A stretch of 64,000 nucleotides of DNA. Origin: a virus. The position numbers were made by a program, and so were the translations under genes. Shown in pieces: positions 55,131-64,000 of the stretch (position 1 is its first letter; each line of letters opens with the position of its first letter). Where the stretch lies: IMG/VR virus record IMGVR_UViG_3300046536_000173, positions 1-64,000 of that record; one strand, written 5' to 3'. The notes under the pieces were generated by a model. It made no database searches. It was not told the DNA's origin and saw only the letters and a program-made list of their open reading frames with translations.

Positions 55131-55502
55131 ATGCCGATGATCGCATGCGAACGACTGGCCGGTATCACCGGCCTGACAATCGACGGAAACGCTTACATGG
55201 TCGTTTCCGATGTCACATGGTCCCCCGCGCGGTGGAAGCGCGAGACGCTTGTCGGCCTCGACAGCGTGCACGGGTTCAGCGAAGTGCCCTTGCAAGGCTT
55301 CATCGAAGCGACGTTGCGCGACAGCGGCGCGATCACCGTCGGCGACTTCAACGACATGCGTTGCGTCGAGGTCATGGTGACGCTCGCGAACGGCAAGGTC
55401 GTGTCGGGGGCGAACATGTGGAACACCGCCGCGCTTGAAGTGCGCGCCGCCGAAGGCACGTTTCAGGTGCGCTTCGACGGCATCGACGTATCGGAGTCAT
55501 AA
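55131..55502 (+). CDS. Tail tube, copy 2
   Basis: Homologue of 15584-15949. Confidence 0.92.
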   Translation: MPMIACERLAGITGLTIDGNAYMVVSDVTWSPARWKRETLVGLDSVHGFSEVPLQGFIEATLRDSGAITVGDFNDMRCVEVMVTLANGKVVSGANMWNTAALEVRAAEGTFQVRFDGIDVSES

Positions 55503-55505
55503 ACA

Positions 55506-55838
55506 ATGGACGCGATCACGAGCGAATTCGAGACGATCGGGGAGGAGCCGATCGCGCGCACCCTCGACATGGACATCGACGTGACGTTTCAGAAAAAGCG
55601 CTTCACGTCGTTGCACCTGGAGGAGCCGACCGGCAAGCAATTGGAACGCGCGGAGATCGAATTGAACACCGCGAACCCGAACGCTTACACGATGCGCCGC
55701 TATCAGATCGCTTTGATCGCCTCCGTCGCCGGGGTGCCGCGCGAGGTCGTGCTTGAACTGAAGTTCACGCAAATAAACGAGGCTTTCGATTTTTTGTCCG
55801 AATTGCTCGCGCCTTCCCCGAGGGATGGCGCGACCTGA
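55506..55838 (+). CDS. Tail assembly chaperone, copy 2; -1 frameshift extension ends at 55978
   Basis: TTTTTTG at 55790-55796. Confidence 0.88.
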   Translation: MDAITSEFETIGEEPIARTLDMDIDVTFQKKRFTSLHLEEPTGKQLERAEIELNTANPNAYTMRRYQIALIASVAGVPREVVLELKFTQINEAFDFLSELLAPSPRDGAT

Positions 55839-55978
55839 TCGCGGACCTGACGCGGTTCTGGGGCTGGGGTCCGCATGACGCCTGGAGCCTGACCGGAACC
55901 GAATTGATCTGGTGGGCTGAACAGTCGCACCGGATCGCCGACCGCGAGCGCGCCGCGCAGGAACAGGCTCGAAGGTAA

Positions 55979-58738
55979 ATGGCCGGTTATTCCGTCACCT
56001 ATACCGTTGTCGATAACGCAACGAAGCAGATCGACGCGATCAACCGTCGCATCGCGCAAACACGCGCGCCGCTCGACCGCCTGTCGCGCCAGATGTCGCG
56101 CTTCATCGACGTGTCGGGGCTGCGCAAGGTCGCAACGGGGTTCGAATGGATCGGCAAAGCCGCGTCGAGCGTGCTGCGCACGTTGACATCGATCATCCCG
56201 GTCATGGGGACCATCGTCGGCGCCGCCTCGATCGCCGGAATGGCCAAACTCGTGTCGAGCTATGCCGATTGGTCGCGCGAGCTTGTGCGCGCCGCCGACA
56301 ACATCGGCACGACGACGCAAAAGCTCCAGCAATTCCAGGATGCGACGCGCCTCGCCGGGGGCAACGCCTCCGACATGACGGAAAGCCTCAAAGGGCTGCA
56401 CGACAAGCTCGCCGACTTCAACATCGGCGGCGCGAACGCCGCCGCCACCGGGCAGTGGGCGAACAAGCTCAAAATCAACCTGAAGGACGCGAACGGGGTC
56501 ATCCGTTCCTCGACCGACCTGTTGCCCGAACTGATCCGCAAGATCAACGAATTACCCGATCCCGCCGATCGCGCCGCCGCCGCGAACGCGCTCCTGGGAT
56601 CGTCTGGCGAAAAGCTGATTCAGACGTTCCGCCAGTCGAGCAAGAGCTTCGACGCATGGGCCGACGACGTTAAACGATACAAAGATTTAACGGATGATCA
56701 GAAAAGCAGCCTCCAGCGCTTCGCCGAAGCGCAGGGCCGCATCGGTGTCGCCTTCGACCGCCTGGGGCAACAGATCGCTCCGGTGATCGCGAAACATCTC
56801 GGGCCGTTGCTGGAGAAGTTCGCGATCTTCGTCGAACAGAACACGCCCGCGATCCTCGCCGCCGTCGATCAACTGTCGGAACGCTTCGCCAAATGGCTCG
56901 CCGACCCGGAGACGGCGAAAGCCTTCACCGCTGGCATCAAAGCCGTCGCCGACTCGCTCGTGTGGGTCAGCAACAACCTCGACACCGTGAAAACCGCCGT
57001 CGAGGTCATCGCCGGATTGTTCGCGGCGAAGTGGGCGATCGGGATCGCGTCGTCGATCGCCACCGTCGCGCAAGCCTTCGGTGTCGTCGGTGTCGGAGGA
57101 GCCGCCGGTCTGGGCATCCTGGGCGCTCTGGGCCTGATCATCTGGTTGTCGATCGAGATCGTCCGACACTGGGATGAAATTAAACAAGCGGGCGTCGATC
57201 TCGCCGACGCGGTGGGCAAGAGCTTCGAGCGCGTCAAGAAAACGATGTCCGACTTCTGGGAAGGCAAGCACGACCCAAGCGAGATGCCGAAGCCGGGGGA
57301 GGTGCCAAGCTATCCGAAGCAACCCGACTTCGTTCCCGGTGGCGCCTGGACACCGAAGCCGAGCGACAACACCGAACCCGGAGGAGCCTGGGCGCGCCCG
57401 CCTGGAGCGATCCAGAAGCAAAGCGCGAGCGGCGGATACCTGCCCGGAGGGGTGACGCCCGCCGCGTATCATCCCGGAGGCCCCGCCGCCGCTGGCATCG
57501 CCGGGGGCAGCGAATTCTGGGACAGCATGGCGCGCGCCGTGACGAAGGGTTTCGAGGATGCTTTCGACCATATCACCGGAACCGGGGGCATGGGCGGAGG
57601 AGGAGCCGGAGGAGGAGGCTACACGCCCGCCGCGTATCGCGTGCCCGTGCAAGCCGGAGCGCCGTCGCCGAACGTGCAACAGGCGATCGTCCGCCCGCCT
57701 GGAGCCGGAGGAGGGGTTGGCGGCGGCAGCGCCGGAGGATCAGGCGGCATCGACGCGCCAGCCGGAACGCCGATCGCGCGAACCGGACTCGCGACCGTTA
57801 CCTCCGCGAGCGGTCGCAAGTTCCAGGTCGATGCGCGCTTCGCGCCGAACTTCCAGGGCTTTATTGACGATTACGAAAAGGCCGGAGGGCAGATCGGACC
57901 CGACAGCGGCACGCTTGGCGAGCGTCCGCACAACGCGAGCGGCCATCCGATCGGTGCCGCGATCGACATCAATCAGATCGGGCGCGGGGTTCGCAGCAAG
58001 CGCGCGATCTCGCTCGACCCGAGGATCGAGGATGCGCTCGCGAAAAAATGGGGGATGGTCTCGGGCAATTCGTGGCGATCGAACGACCAGGGGCATTTTG
58101 GCATCGAAAGCGTCGAAGCCGCGCGCCGCGCGCTGATCGACAAAGGCGTTGCCGTGCCGAACCAAGCCGCTGGCGGCGCGGCGATCCAGACCGGATGGAA
58201 CGCCAACAATCCGATGAACCTCACGCCCGGATCGAACTGGCACGGCGGACGCGCGACCACACCGGGCGGACTGCCGATCCGCACCTATGGATCGATGGAG
58301 GAGGGCGTCGCCGACAGCGTGCGCAAGCTGGTCGAGTATCAGCAAAAGCGACACCTCGCGACGGTGGACATGATGGCGCGCGAGTGGAACAAGACCGCGA
58401 CGCCTGAGTATGTGAACAAGCTCGCCGACGCCCTGCACGTCGGAAAGGATCAGCCGTTCGACATCCGCGATCCCGACAAAGCCGCCGCCTGGGTGCGTGC
58501 CGCGCAGCCGCAGGAAACCGGACCCGGACGGTTGACGGAAGCGCAGATCGCCGCTGGTGTTCGCACCGGCCTCGCCCCGCCCGTGACCGTGCCGCCGCCG
58601 CAACCGCCGAACGGCGCCGTCGATGTTTCGATCACGCATAAAAACGCGCCGCCGAATTCCGCCGTCACCGCGACCGGATCGGGCGCCGTCAACGTCGCGC
58701 CCGTGCGCGTCGAGCATCAGGCGATGGAGTCGATATGA
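55979..58738 (+). CDS. Tape measure protein, copy 2, with M15-like peptidase plus lysozyme-like domain
   Basis: SGHPIGAAID...DQGHF; then NNPMNL...EGV...L.EY...TV...W...YV. Confidence 0.9.
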   Translation: MAGYSVTYTVVDNATKQIDAINRRIAQTRAPLDRLSRQMSRFIDVSGLRKVATGFEWIGKAASSVLRTLTSIIPVMGTIVGAASIAGMAKLVSSYADWSRELVRAADNIGTTTQKLQQFQDATRLAGGNASDMTESLKGLHDKLADFNIGGANAAATGQWANKLKINLKDANGVIRSSTDLLPELIRKINELPDPADRAAAANALLGSSGEKLIQTFRQSSKSFDAWADDVKRYKDLTDDQKSSLQRFAEAQGRIGVAFDRLGQQIAPVIAKHLGPLLEKFAIFVEQNTPAILAAVDQLSERFAKWLADPETAKAFTAGIKAVADSLVWVSNNLDTVKTAVEVIAGLFAAKWAIGIASSIATVAQAFGVVGVGGAAGLGILGALGLIIWLSIEIVRHWDEIKQAGVDLADAVGKSFERVKKTMSDFWEGKHDPSEMPKPGEVPSYPKQPDFVPGGAWTPKPSDNTEPGGAWARPPGAIQKQSASGGYLPGGVTPAAYHPGGPAAAGIAGGSEFWDSMARAVTKGFEDAFDHITGTGGMGGGGAGGGGYTPAAYRVPVQAGAPSPNVQQAIVRPPGAGGGVGGGSAGGSGGIDAPAGTPIARTGLATVTSASGRKFQVDARFAPNFQGFIDDYEKAGGQIGPDSGTLGERPHNASGHPIGAAIDINQIGRGVRSKRAISLDPRIEDALAKKWGMVSGNSWRSNDQGHFGIESVEAARRALIDKGVAVPNQAAGGAAIQTGWNANNPMNLTPGSNWHGGRATTPGGLPIRTYGSMEEGVADSVRKLVEYQQKRHLATVDMMAREWNKTATPEYVNKLADALHVGKDQPFDIRDPDKAAAWVRAAQPQETGPGRLTEAQIAAGVRTGLAPPVTVPPPQPPNGAVDVSITHKNAPPNSAVTATGSGAVNVAPVRVEHQAMESI

Positions 58739-59616
58739 GCGGCATCCTGGGCCAGATCAGCGGAACGATCAGCGGGGTCAATCGCGTCGTCTCGGCGGGC
58801 GGATCGCTGATCAACGATGTCGCCCGCCTGGGGCAGAGCTTCGGCGCCTCGCAATTGTTCGACACGTCGGGCCTGTCCTGGTCGGGCGGAACGTGGGCGC
58901 AGCAATTGCAACCCGGAAGCTGGCGCGGCGTGGGCTTCGTGCTCGACGCCGGAGACACCGCCGCAGGCCGTCGCGTCGCGATCCACGAATACCCCTATCG
59001 CGACGACACCTGGGCCGAGGATTTAGGCAAGCTCCCGCGCCGCTTCACGATCCAGGCGTTCCTGGTCGGCGACGACTGCTATCAACAGCGCGACGCGATG
59101 CTTCGCGCCGTCGAGCAATCCGGCGCCGGAACGCTCGTGCATCCGACGCTTGGCTCGATTCAATGCGTGCTCCTCGAATTCGCATGCGCCGATCGCCGCG
59201 AACGGGGCCGCGTCGTCGAGCTTCAATTCGCCTTCATCCTCGCCGGCGACGTGAAATATCCCTCGACCATCATCGCCACCGCGCAAGCCGTCGCCGGAGC
59301 CGCCGCGAACCTCAACATCGCTTCCGCTTCCGACCTGGGCTCGACGCTTCAACGGATCGGCACCGTCGCGAAAGCCGCCATCAACACCGTGACGCATTAC
59401 ACCTCGATCGCGACCTCGATCGTCGGCGACGCGACGCGGGTGTTCAACAGCGTGCGCGGCCTGACCGGATTTTTCGGACGCTACGCGACCGGAAGCCGCA
59501 ACACGCTGCAAAAGGCGAGCGCGACCATCGGCGGGCTTTTGAGCGCCGCGACGACCGCGCGATCCGCCGTCACGGGTGGCGCCGCCCTGGTCAACCGTCT
59601 CGCGAGCTTTCTGTGA
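58735..59616 (+). CDS. gpN-like N-terminal part, copy 2
   Basis: Homologue of 19361-20242. Confidence 0.92.
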   Translation: MSGILGQISGTISGVNRVVSAGGSLINDVARLGQSFGASQLFDTSGLSWSGGTWAQQLQPGSWRGVGFVLDAGDTAAGRRVAIHEYPYRDDTWAEDLGKLPRRFTIQAFLVGDDCYQQRDAMLRAVEQSGAGTLVHPTLGSIQCVLLEFACADRRERGRVVELQFAFILAGDVKYPSTIIATAQAVAGAAANLNIASASDLGSTLQRIGTVAKAAINTVTHYTSIATSIVGDATRVFNSVRGLTGFFGRYATGSRNTLQKASATIGGLLSAATTARSAVTGGAALVNRLASFL

Positions 59617-60179
59617 GCACGGAGTCCGACGCCTTCGCCGCCGCCGGGGTCGCGCTCGCCGAAGCCCTCGCCGCGTCCGCCGCCGATCCCGCCGACGCGA
59701 TCCGCATGTTGCTGTCGCTCGCCGCCTGGACACCGCCCGCCATCCCCGGCGCGGGTCCGCTCGCCGCCCGCGCCCGCGACGCCGCCGACGCGATCGCGTC
59801 GAACCTCCGATGCAGCGCGTGCGCCGCCCTGGCCACGGCCACGCTCACGTATGGGCCGGTCAGCTATCAGGACGCGATGTCGCTCCGCGTCGCCGTGTGC
59901 GACGCCCTGGACGCCGAAGCGACCCGCGCAGGCGACTCCGGTCGCGATGCCACCTTCCGCGCGTTGACCGATCTGCGAACCGCCGTCGCTATGGACCTCG
60001 CGGTGCGCGGCGCGAACCTCGCGTGGCTGGTCGAGATCGACACGCGCCAATCGATGCCATCGCTCGCCGAAGCCTGGACGCTTTACCAGGACACGCCGCG
60101 CGAGCCGGGGCTTGTCGCGTCCGCCGACCCGCCGCATCCGCTGTTCCTGCCGACCAGCTTCGCGGCGTTGAACAAATGA
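59613..60179 (+). CDS. gpN-like C-terminal part, copy 2
   Basis: Homologue of 20239-20805. Confidence 0.8.
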   Translation: MSTESDAFAAAGVALAEALAASAADPADAIRMLLSLAAWTPPAIPGAGPLAARARDAADAIASNLRCSACAALATATLTYGPVSYQDAMSLRVAVCDALDAEATRAGDSGRDATFRALTDLRTAVAMDLAVRGANLAWLVEIDTRQSMPSLAEAWTLYQDTPREPGLVASADPPHPLFLPTSFAALNK

Positions 60180-61426
60180 GCGCCGCGATCGGCGCCATCG
60201 CGCACGGTGTCACGACGCACGGCCCGCCACCCGGAGCCGCCGACGTGCTGTCGTTGACCGTGGGCAATCAGACCATCACCGGATGGCAGCGCGTCTCCGT
60301 GACCCGCCCGCTCGCCGCGATCCCCGCGAGCTTTTCGATCGAGGTGACGGAGCGCTATCCGAACGCCGCCGACATCGACCTGAAGCCGGGGTTTCCGTGC
60401 ACCGTCAAGATCGGTTCCGATCTCGTGCTGACCGGATACGTTGACCGCTACACGTCCGCGATCAGCGCTTCACAGCACACGATCCGCGTCGAGGGCCGGA
60501 GCATGTCGGAGGATCTGGTCGATTGCTCCGCCGTCGTCAAAAAAACGAGCGCGGGCAACACGCCGACGCAAGGACTCCAGATACGCAACGGCGACGTGCT
60601 CTCGATCGTGCGCGCGCTCGCCGCCCCTTACGGCGTGACCGTCCAGTGCGACGCGCCGGGGCCTTTCAGGGCAATTCCCCAATTCAACATCAACCTGGGC
60701 GAAACCGTGTGGGAGATCATCGACCGGATCACGAGATATTCAAAGCTGATCGCTTACGACATGCCGGATGGCTCGATCATGCTTTCCGAAGTCGGAAAGG
60801 TGTCGATGGCGTCCGGGTTCAGGATCGGAGTCAACGTCGAGACCGCCGACGTGATGTTTTCGACAGATCAGCGTTATTCCGAATATGAAGGCCACCTGAT
60901 CGCGATGATGTCGCTCGGCACCGACGCGGGCGAAAACTTTCCGACTGTTGGCGAGATCGTGCGCGACGATGAAATGGCCGCGCTGCGCCGCCCGGACGGA
61001 AGCCCACGCTTCCGCAAGCTCTACGTCATCAGTGAACAATTCGACATGGGTCGTCCGATCGCGGGCGACCGTGCCGCCTGGGAGAAAAATCGCCGCTGGG
61101 GCCAGAGCTTCAACTTCAGCGTGACGACCGACGCGTGGCGCGACGCATCGGGTAAGCTGTGGTCGCCGAACTATCTCGCCCCGATCGACGCCGAAGCGCT
61201 GAAGCTGAAGCATCGCGACTGGCTGATCGGCACCGTGACCTATCTGCGCGACGAAAGCGGACAGCACGCGCACCTGTCGCTGTGGCCGAAAGAGGCTTTC
61301 ACCGTCGAGCCGACATCGCCGAACGTGCTGGTCACGCAAGACGACGTGAACCGCAACAACGCGACGAAGCCGAACCCGCCCGCGCCACAGCACAAAATGC
61401 TGACCGAGGAGGAGATCAGCCTTTGA
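60176..61426 (+). CDS. Baseplate hub gpP-like, copy 2
   Basis: Homologue of 20802-22064. Confidence 0.92.
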   Translation: MSAAIGAIAHGVTTHGPPPGAADVLSLTVGNQTITGWQRVSVTRPLAAIPASFSIEVTERYPNAADIDLKPGFPCTVKIGSDLVLTGYVDRYTSAISASQHTIRVEGRSMSEDLVDCSAVVKKTSAGNTPTQGLQIRNGDVLSIVRALAAPYGVTVQCDAPGPFRAIPQFNINLGETVWEIIDRITRYSKLIAYDMPDGSIMLSEVGKVSMASGFRIGVNVETADVMFSTDQRYSEYEGHLIAMMSLGTDAGENFPTVGEIVRDDEMAALRRPDGSPRFRKLYVISEQFDMGRPIAGDRAAWEKNRRWGQSFNFSVTTDAWRDASGKLWSPNYLAPIDAEALKLKHRDWLIGTVTYLRDESGQHAHLSLWPKEAFTVEPTSPNVLVTQDDVNRNNATKPNPPAPQHKMLTEEEISL

Positions 61427-63270
61427 CCGCGACCGCGCGTCTGTATCGCCGCGTGATGATGTCGGTGATGCCGATGAAAATCACGGCGACCGACGACACC
61501 GGGCCGATCCACCGCGCACAGGTGCGCGGGTTCCCGCTTGAAACAATCGACGCGATGCCGGTGCTCCAGATTTACGGCCTCGCCTCGCATGCCGAACCGG
61601 GATCCGATGCGATGGCGATGTTCGCCTCCGGCGACCGATCGAACGGCGTCATCGTCGCGACGGGCAATCAAAAGCATCGCTTGCGCAACCTGAAGTCGGG
61701 CGAGGTCGCGCTTTACGACAACACCGACAATCAAAGCGTGCTGAAGCTCGCCAACGGCGGCAACATCGAGGTTAGCGCGAGCACGAAGCACACGACGACG
61801 GTCCCGACCGTCGAGGTCAACGCGAAGGAAGGGGTCAAGGTCACGACGCCGCTGGTCGATGTCCAGGGGCGGCAAACGATGTCGCACGATCCCGTCGCGT
61901 CGAACGAAGTCGTCACGAAGTCATATTGCGACGCGAACCGGGGAGGAGGATCAGCGGGACCGCCCGGACCTCCCGGCCCGACCGGACCGCAAGGGCCGCA
62001 GGGACCGGCTGGACCCGCTGGAGCGACCGGACCCGCTGGCGCCGCCTCGACCGTGCCCGGACCCGCTGGACCCGCTGGAGCGAAGGGCGATCCCGGAGCG
62101 ACCGGAGCGCCGGGACCAACCGGAGCGACGGGGCCGCAGGGAGTCGCCGGAACGCCCGGAGCCGCTGGCGCGACCGGAGCGCAAGGCCCGAAGGGCGACA
62201 CGGGATCGCAAGGGACGCAGGGACCGCCTGGGGCGGACTCGACCGTGCCAGGACCAACCGGACCCGCTGGCGCGCAAGGCCCGCAGGGCGTGCCAGGAAC
62301 GCCGGGGGCTACGGGATCGACCGGACCGCAGGGCGTGCCCGGAGCGGACTCGATCGTGCCCGGACCACAAGGCCCGCAGGGTGTCCAGGGCGTGCCCGGA
62401 ACGCCTGGAGCCACCGGAGCGCAGGGACCGATCGGACTGACCGGCGCGCCTGGAGCCGACAGCACCGTGCCCGGACCACAGGGACCGCAAGGCCCGATCG
62501 GACTGACCGGAGCGACGGGACCGAAGGGCGACACCGGGGCCACGGGGACGCAGGGACCGCCTGGAGCCGACAGCACCGTGCCCGGACCAACCGGAGCGAC
62601 GGGGCCGCAGGGTGTCCAGGGCGTCGCCGGAACGCCCGGAGCGACGGGAGCGCAGGGACCGAAGGGCGACACCGGAGCGACCGGAGCCGCCTCGACCGTT
62701 CCCGGCCCGCAGGGGCCGAAGGGTGACACGGGCGCGACGGGGCCAGCCGGAAGCACCGTGGCATCTGGCGTATCGTTCGCGCCCGCTGGGAACGTCGCCG
62801 CGACGAACGTGCAGGGCGCGATCGCCGAGGTGGACGCGGAGAAGGTCGCCAAGAGTGGCGACGTGATGACCGGGAACCTTAAAATCTCCGTGGCCGACAA
62901 CGCCCTTGGGCTACTGGTCAACGGCGCGACCACAGGTGTCCGCTTCGTCGCGGGCCCAGGTGGCATATCAATCGAAGGTGTAGATAATAGCGGGGTCGGT
63001 TCCTATCAGCCGCTCAATTTCTATGGGTCGGTAATTAAATTCAATCAGGCTGTTACGCTGATCGCCGATCCCGCCGCCCCGTTGGAAGCGGCGACGAAAC
63101 AATACGTTGACAACACGATCACCGCCCGGATCGGACACTCGCAATGGGATGGCGTCGGCCTCGCCGAGACGCGCCCCGGAGACGACGCGCCGCCCGACCT
63201 GATCGCCGAGATGCGCGCGACGATCGCCGACCTCGCCGCCCGCGTCGCCGTGCTGGAGGCTCGCGCATGA
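61423..63270 (+). CDS. Baseplate spike fused to long collagen stalk and a different tip domain, copy 2
   Basis: gp45-like N-terminus; TTG start after GAGGAGGAG; 82 GXY triplets. Confidence 0.88.
   Translation: MTATARLYRRVMMSVMPMKITATDDTGPIHRAQVRGFPLETIDAMPVLQIYGLASHAEPGSDAMAMFASGDRSNGVIVATGNQKHRLRNLKSGEVALYDNTDNQSVLKLANGGNIEVSASTKHTTTVPTVEVNAKEGVKVTTPLVDVQGRQTMSHDPVASNEVVTKSYCDANRGGGSAGPPGPPGPTGPQGPQGPAGPAGATGPAGAASTVPGPAGPAGAKGDPGATGAPGPTGATGPQGVAGTPGAAGATGAQGPKGDTGSQGTQGPPGADSTVPGPTGPAGAQGPQGVPGTPGATGSTGPQGVPGADSIVPGPQGPQGVQGVPGTPGATGAQGPIGLTGAPGADSTVPGPQGPQGPIGLTGATGPKGDTGATGTQGPPGADSTVPGPTGATGPQGVQGVAGTPGATGAQGPKGDTGATGAASTVPGPQGPKGDTGATGPAGSTVASGVSFAPAGNVAATNVQGAIAEVDAEKVAKSGDVMTGNLKISVADNALGLLVNGATTGVRFVAGPGGISIEGVDNSGVGSYQPLNFYGSVIKFNQAVTLIADPAAPLEAATKQYVDNTITARIGHSQWDGVGLAETRPGDDAPPDLIAEMRATIADLAARVAVLEARA
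61948..62757 (+). repeat. Collagen-like Gly-X-Y repeat (82 triplets, six S(T/I)VP interruptions)
   Basis: Counted from translation: blocks of 11, 20, 11, 11, 11, 12, 6. Confidence 0.9.
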
Positions 63271-63872
63271 CCGGGTGGATCGAGGGCATCGTCGGATTGC
63301 CCGTCCCCGCCGCCGATGTCTCGCCGCCGCCCGTCGCCGACTGTCGTGGCGACATCTTCATCCTGTGGGACAACCGCAACGCGCAAGGCGACTGGAGCCT
63401 CGCCGATGGCGACCTCCAGACCGGGCAAGACCTCGAAACCGCGTGTCTCGTGTCGCTGTTCACGGACAAGCTCGCGACGCCCGACTTCACGCCGACCGAC
63501 GGCACGAGCGATCGACGCGGGTGGTGGGCCGACGTTTACAGTGACACGCCGCTGGGATCGAACCTGTGGCAGCTTGAACGCGCCAAAAAGACCCGCGACA
63601 CGCTGGGCCTCGCGCGCCGCTACGCCGAAGAGTCGCTTCAGTGGCTCGTCGAGGATGGCGTGGCGAAACAGATCGCCGTCAACACGTCCTGGCTGGGCGA
63701 AGCGATCGGCTCGACGCTCCTGGGCATCGGCATCGCGATCCTGAAGCCGGATGGCAGCGTGACCCGCTTCACCTTCGGCTGGGCGTGGCAAAGCCTCGCC
63801 GCGCTGCCCTCGCCCGTGCGCGTGCCGCCGCCGCTGATCGCGCAACCCGTCCCCGTCGCCGTGAGGAGATGA
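63267..63872 (+). CDS. Mu gp46-like protein, copy 2
   Basis: Homologue of 24210-24854. Confidence 0.93.
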   Translation: MTGWIEGIVGLPVPAADVSPPPVADCRGDIFILWDNRNAQGDWSLADGDLQTGQDLETACLVSLFTDKLATPDFTPTDGTSDRRGWWADVYSDTPLGSNLWQLERAKKTRDTLGLARRYAEESLQWLVEDGVAKQIAVNTSWLGEAIGSTLLGIGIAILKPDGSVTRFTFGWAWQSLAALPSPVRVPPPLIAQPVPVAVRR

Positions 63873-63876
63873 CCCG

Positions 63877-64000
63877 GTGCCCTTCGCCCGCCCGCCTCTG
63901 ACGACGCTCCGCAATCAGGCGGTGCAGGACATCACGACCTCCGGGGTTCCCGGCCTCGACGGACTGTTGCGCAACGCCGTTTTGCGTGTGCTCGCCTGGG
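63877..64000 (+). CDS. Baseplate J, copy 2 (partial)
   Basis: GTG start, then PFARPPLTTLR...; homologue of 24861. Confidence 0.9.
   Translation, partial: MPFARPPLTTLRNQAVQDITTSGVPGLDGLLRNAVLRVLAW

Larger units (their letters stand above)
42374..64000 (+). mobile_element. Second, diverged copy of the packaging/head/tail region, truncated by the window end in baseplate J
   Basis: Collinear homologues of 1-~25000 with many synonymous changes and gene gains/losses. Confidence 0.95.

Noticed and set aside
2245-62966. Long antisense and alternate-frame ORFs (e.g. 2245-3969, 13550-15718, 16458-18380, 28506-29777, 61731-62966)
   Set aside because: Shadow ORFs of GC-rich genes and collagen repeats; low-complexity or Arg-rich, without family motifs
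1-64000. CRISPR array, rRNA or complete tRNA genes
   Set aside because: No repeat-spacer array or full cloverleaf seen; only an 18-bp tRNA-end-like match at 28320

Overview
The whole window is temperate tailed-phage DNA with high GC and no host genes; an alphaproteobacterial host is an inference. It holds one complete ~42.4-kb genome unit (1-42373) followed by ~21.6 kb of a closely related but clearly diverged second copy (42374-64000). Gene order: ParB-N protein, Acb2/Tad1-like nucleotide sponge, TAGT-like glycosyltransferase, P27-type terS, terL, HK97-type portal/protease/capsid, neck genes, Mu/P2-like contractile tail and baseplate, tail fibre, P4-type tyrosine integrase, leftward early genes (AlpA, RecT/Bet, Gp157), repressor/Cro switch with four 17-bp operators, nucleases, replication genes, late regulator, HNH packaging nuclease and a probable cos region. 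Main observations: (1) an anti-defence/DNA-modification cassette between cos and terminase in both copies, with swappable small-gene slots and no TET partner; (2) baseplate spikes fused to collagen stalks of 23 vs 82 Gly-X-Y triplets with different tips; (3) an amber stop in the repressor HTH plus two other lesions; (4) a homing endonuclease inserted exactly at the tape-measure start codon; (5) no recognisable endolysin. Caveat: the first 99 bp of the window match 42374-42472 exactly and then diverge, so the tandem may be an assembly chimera of two sibling circular phages rather than a double lysogen. All family calls come from motif recognition by eye, not database searches.
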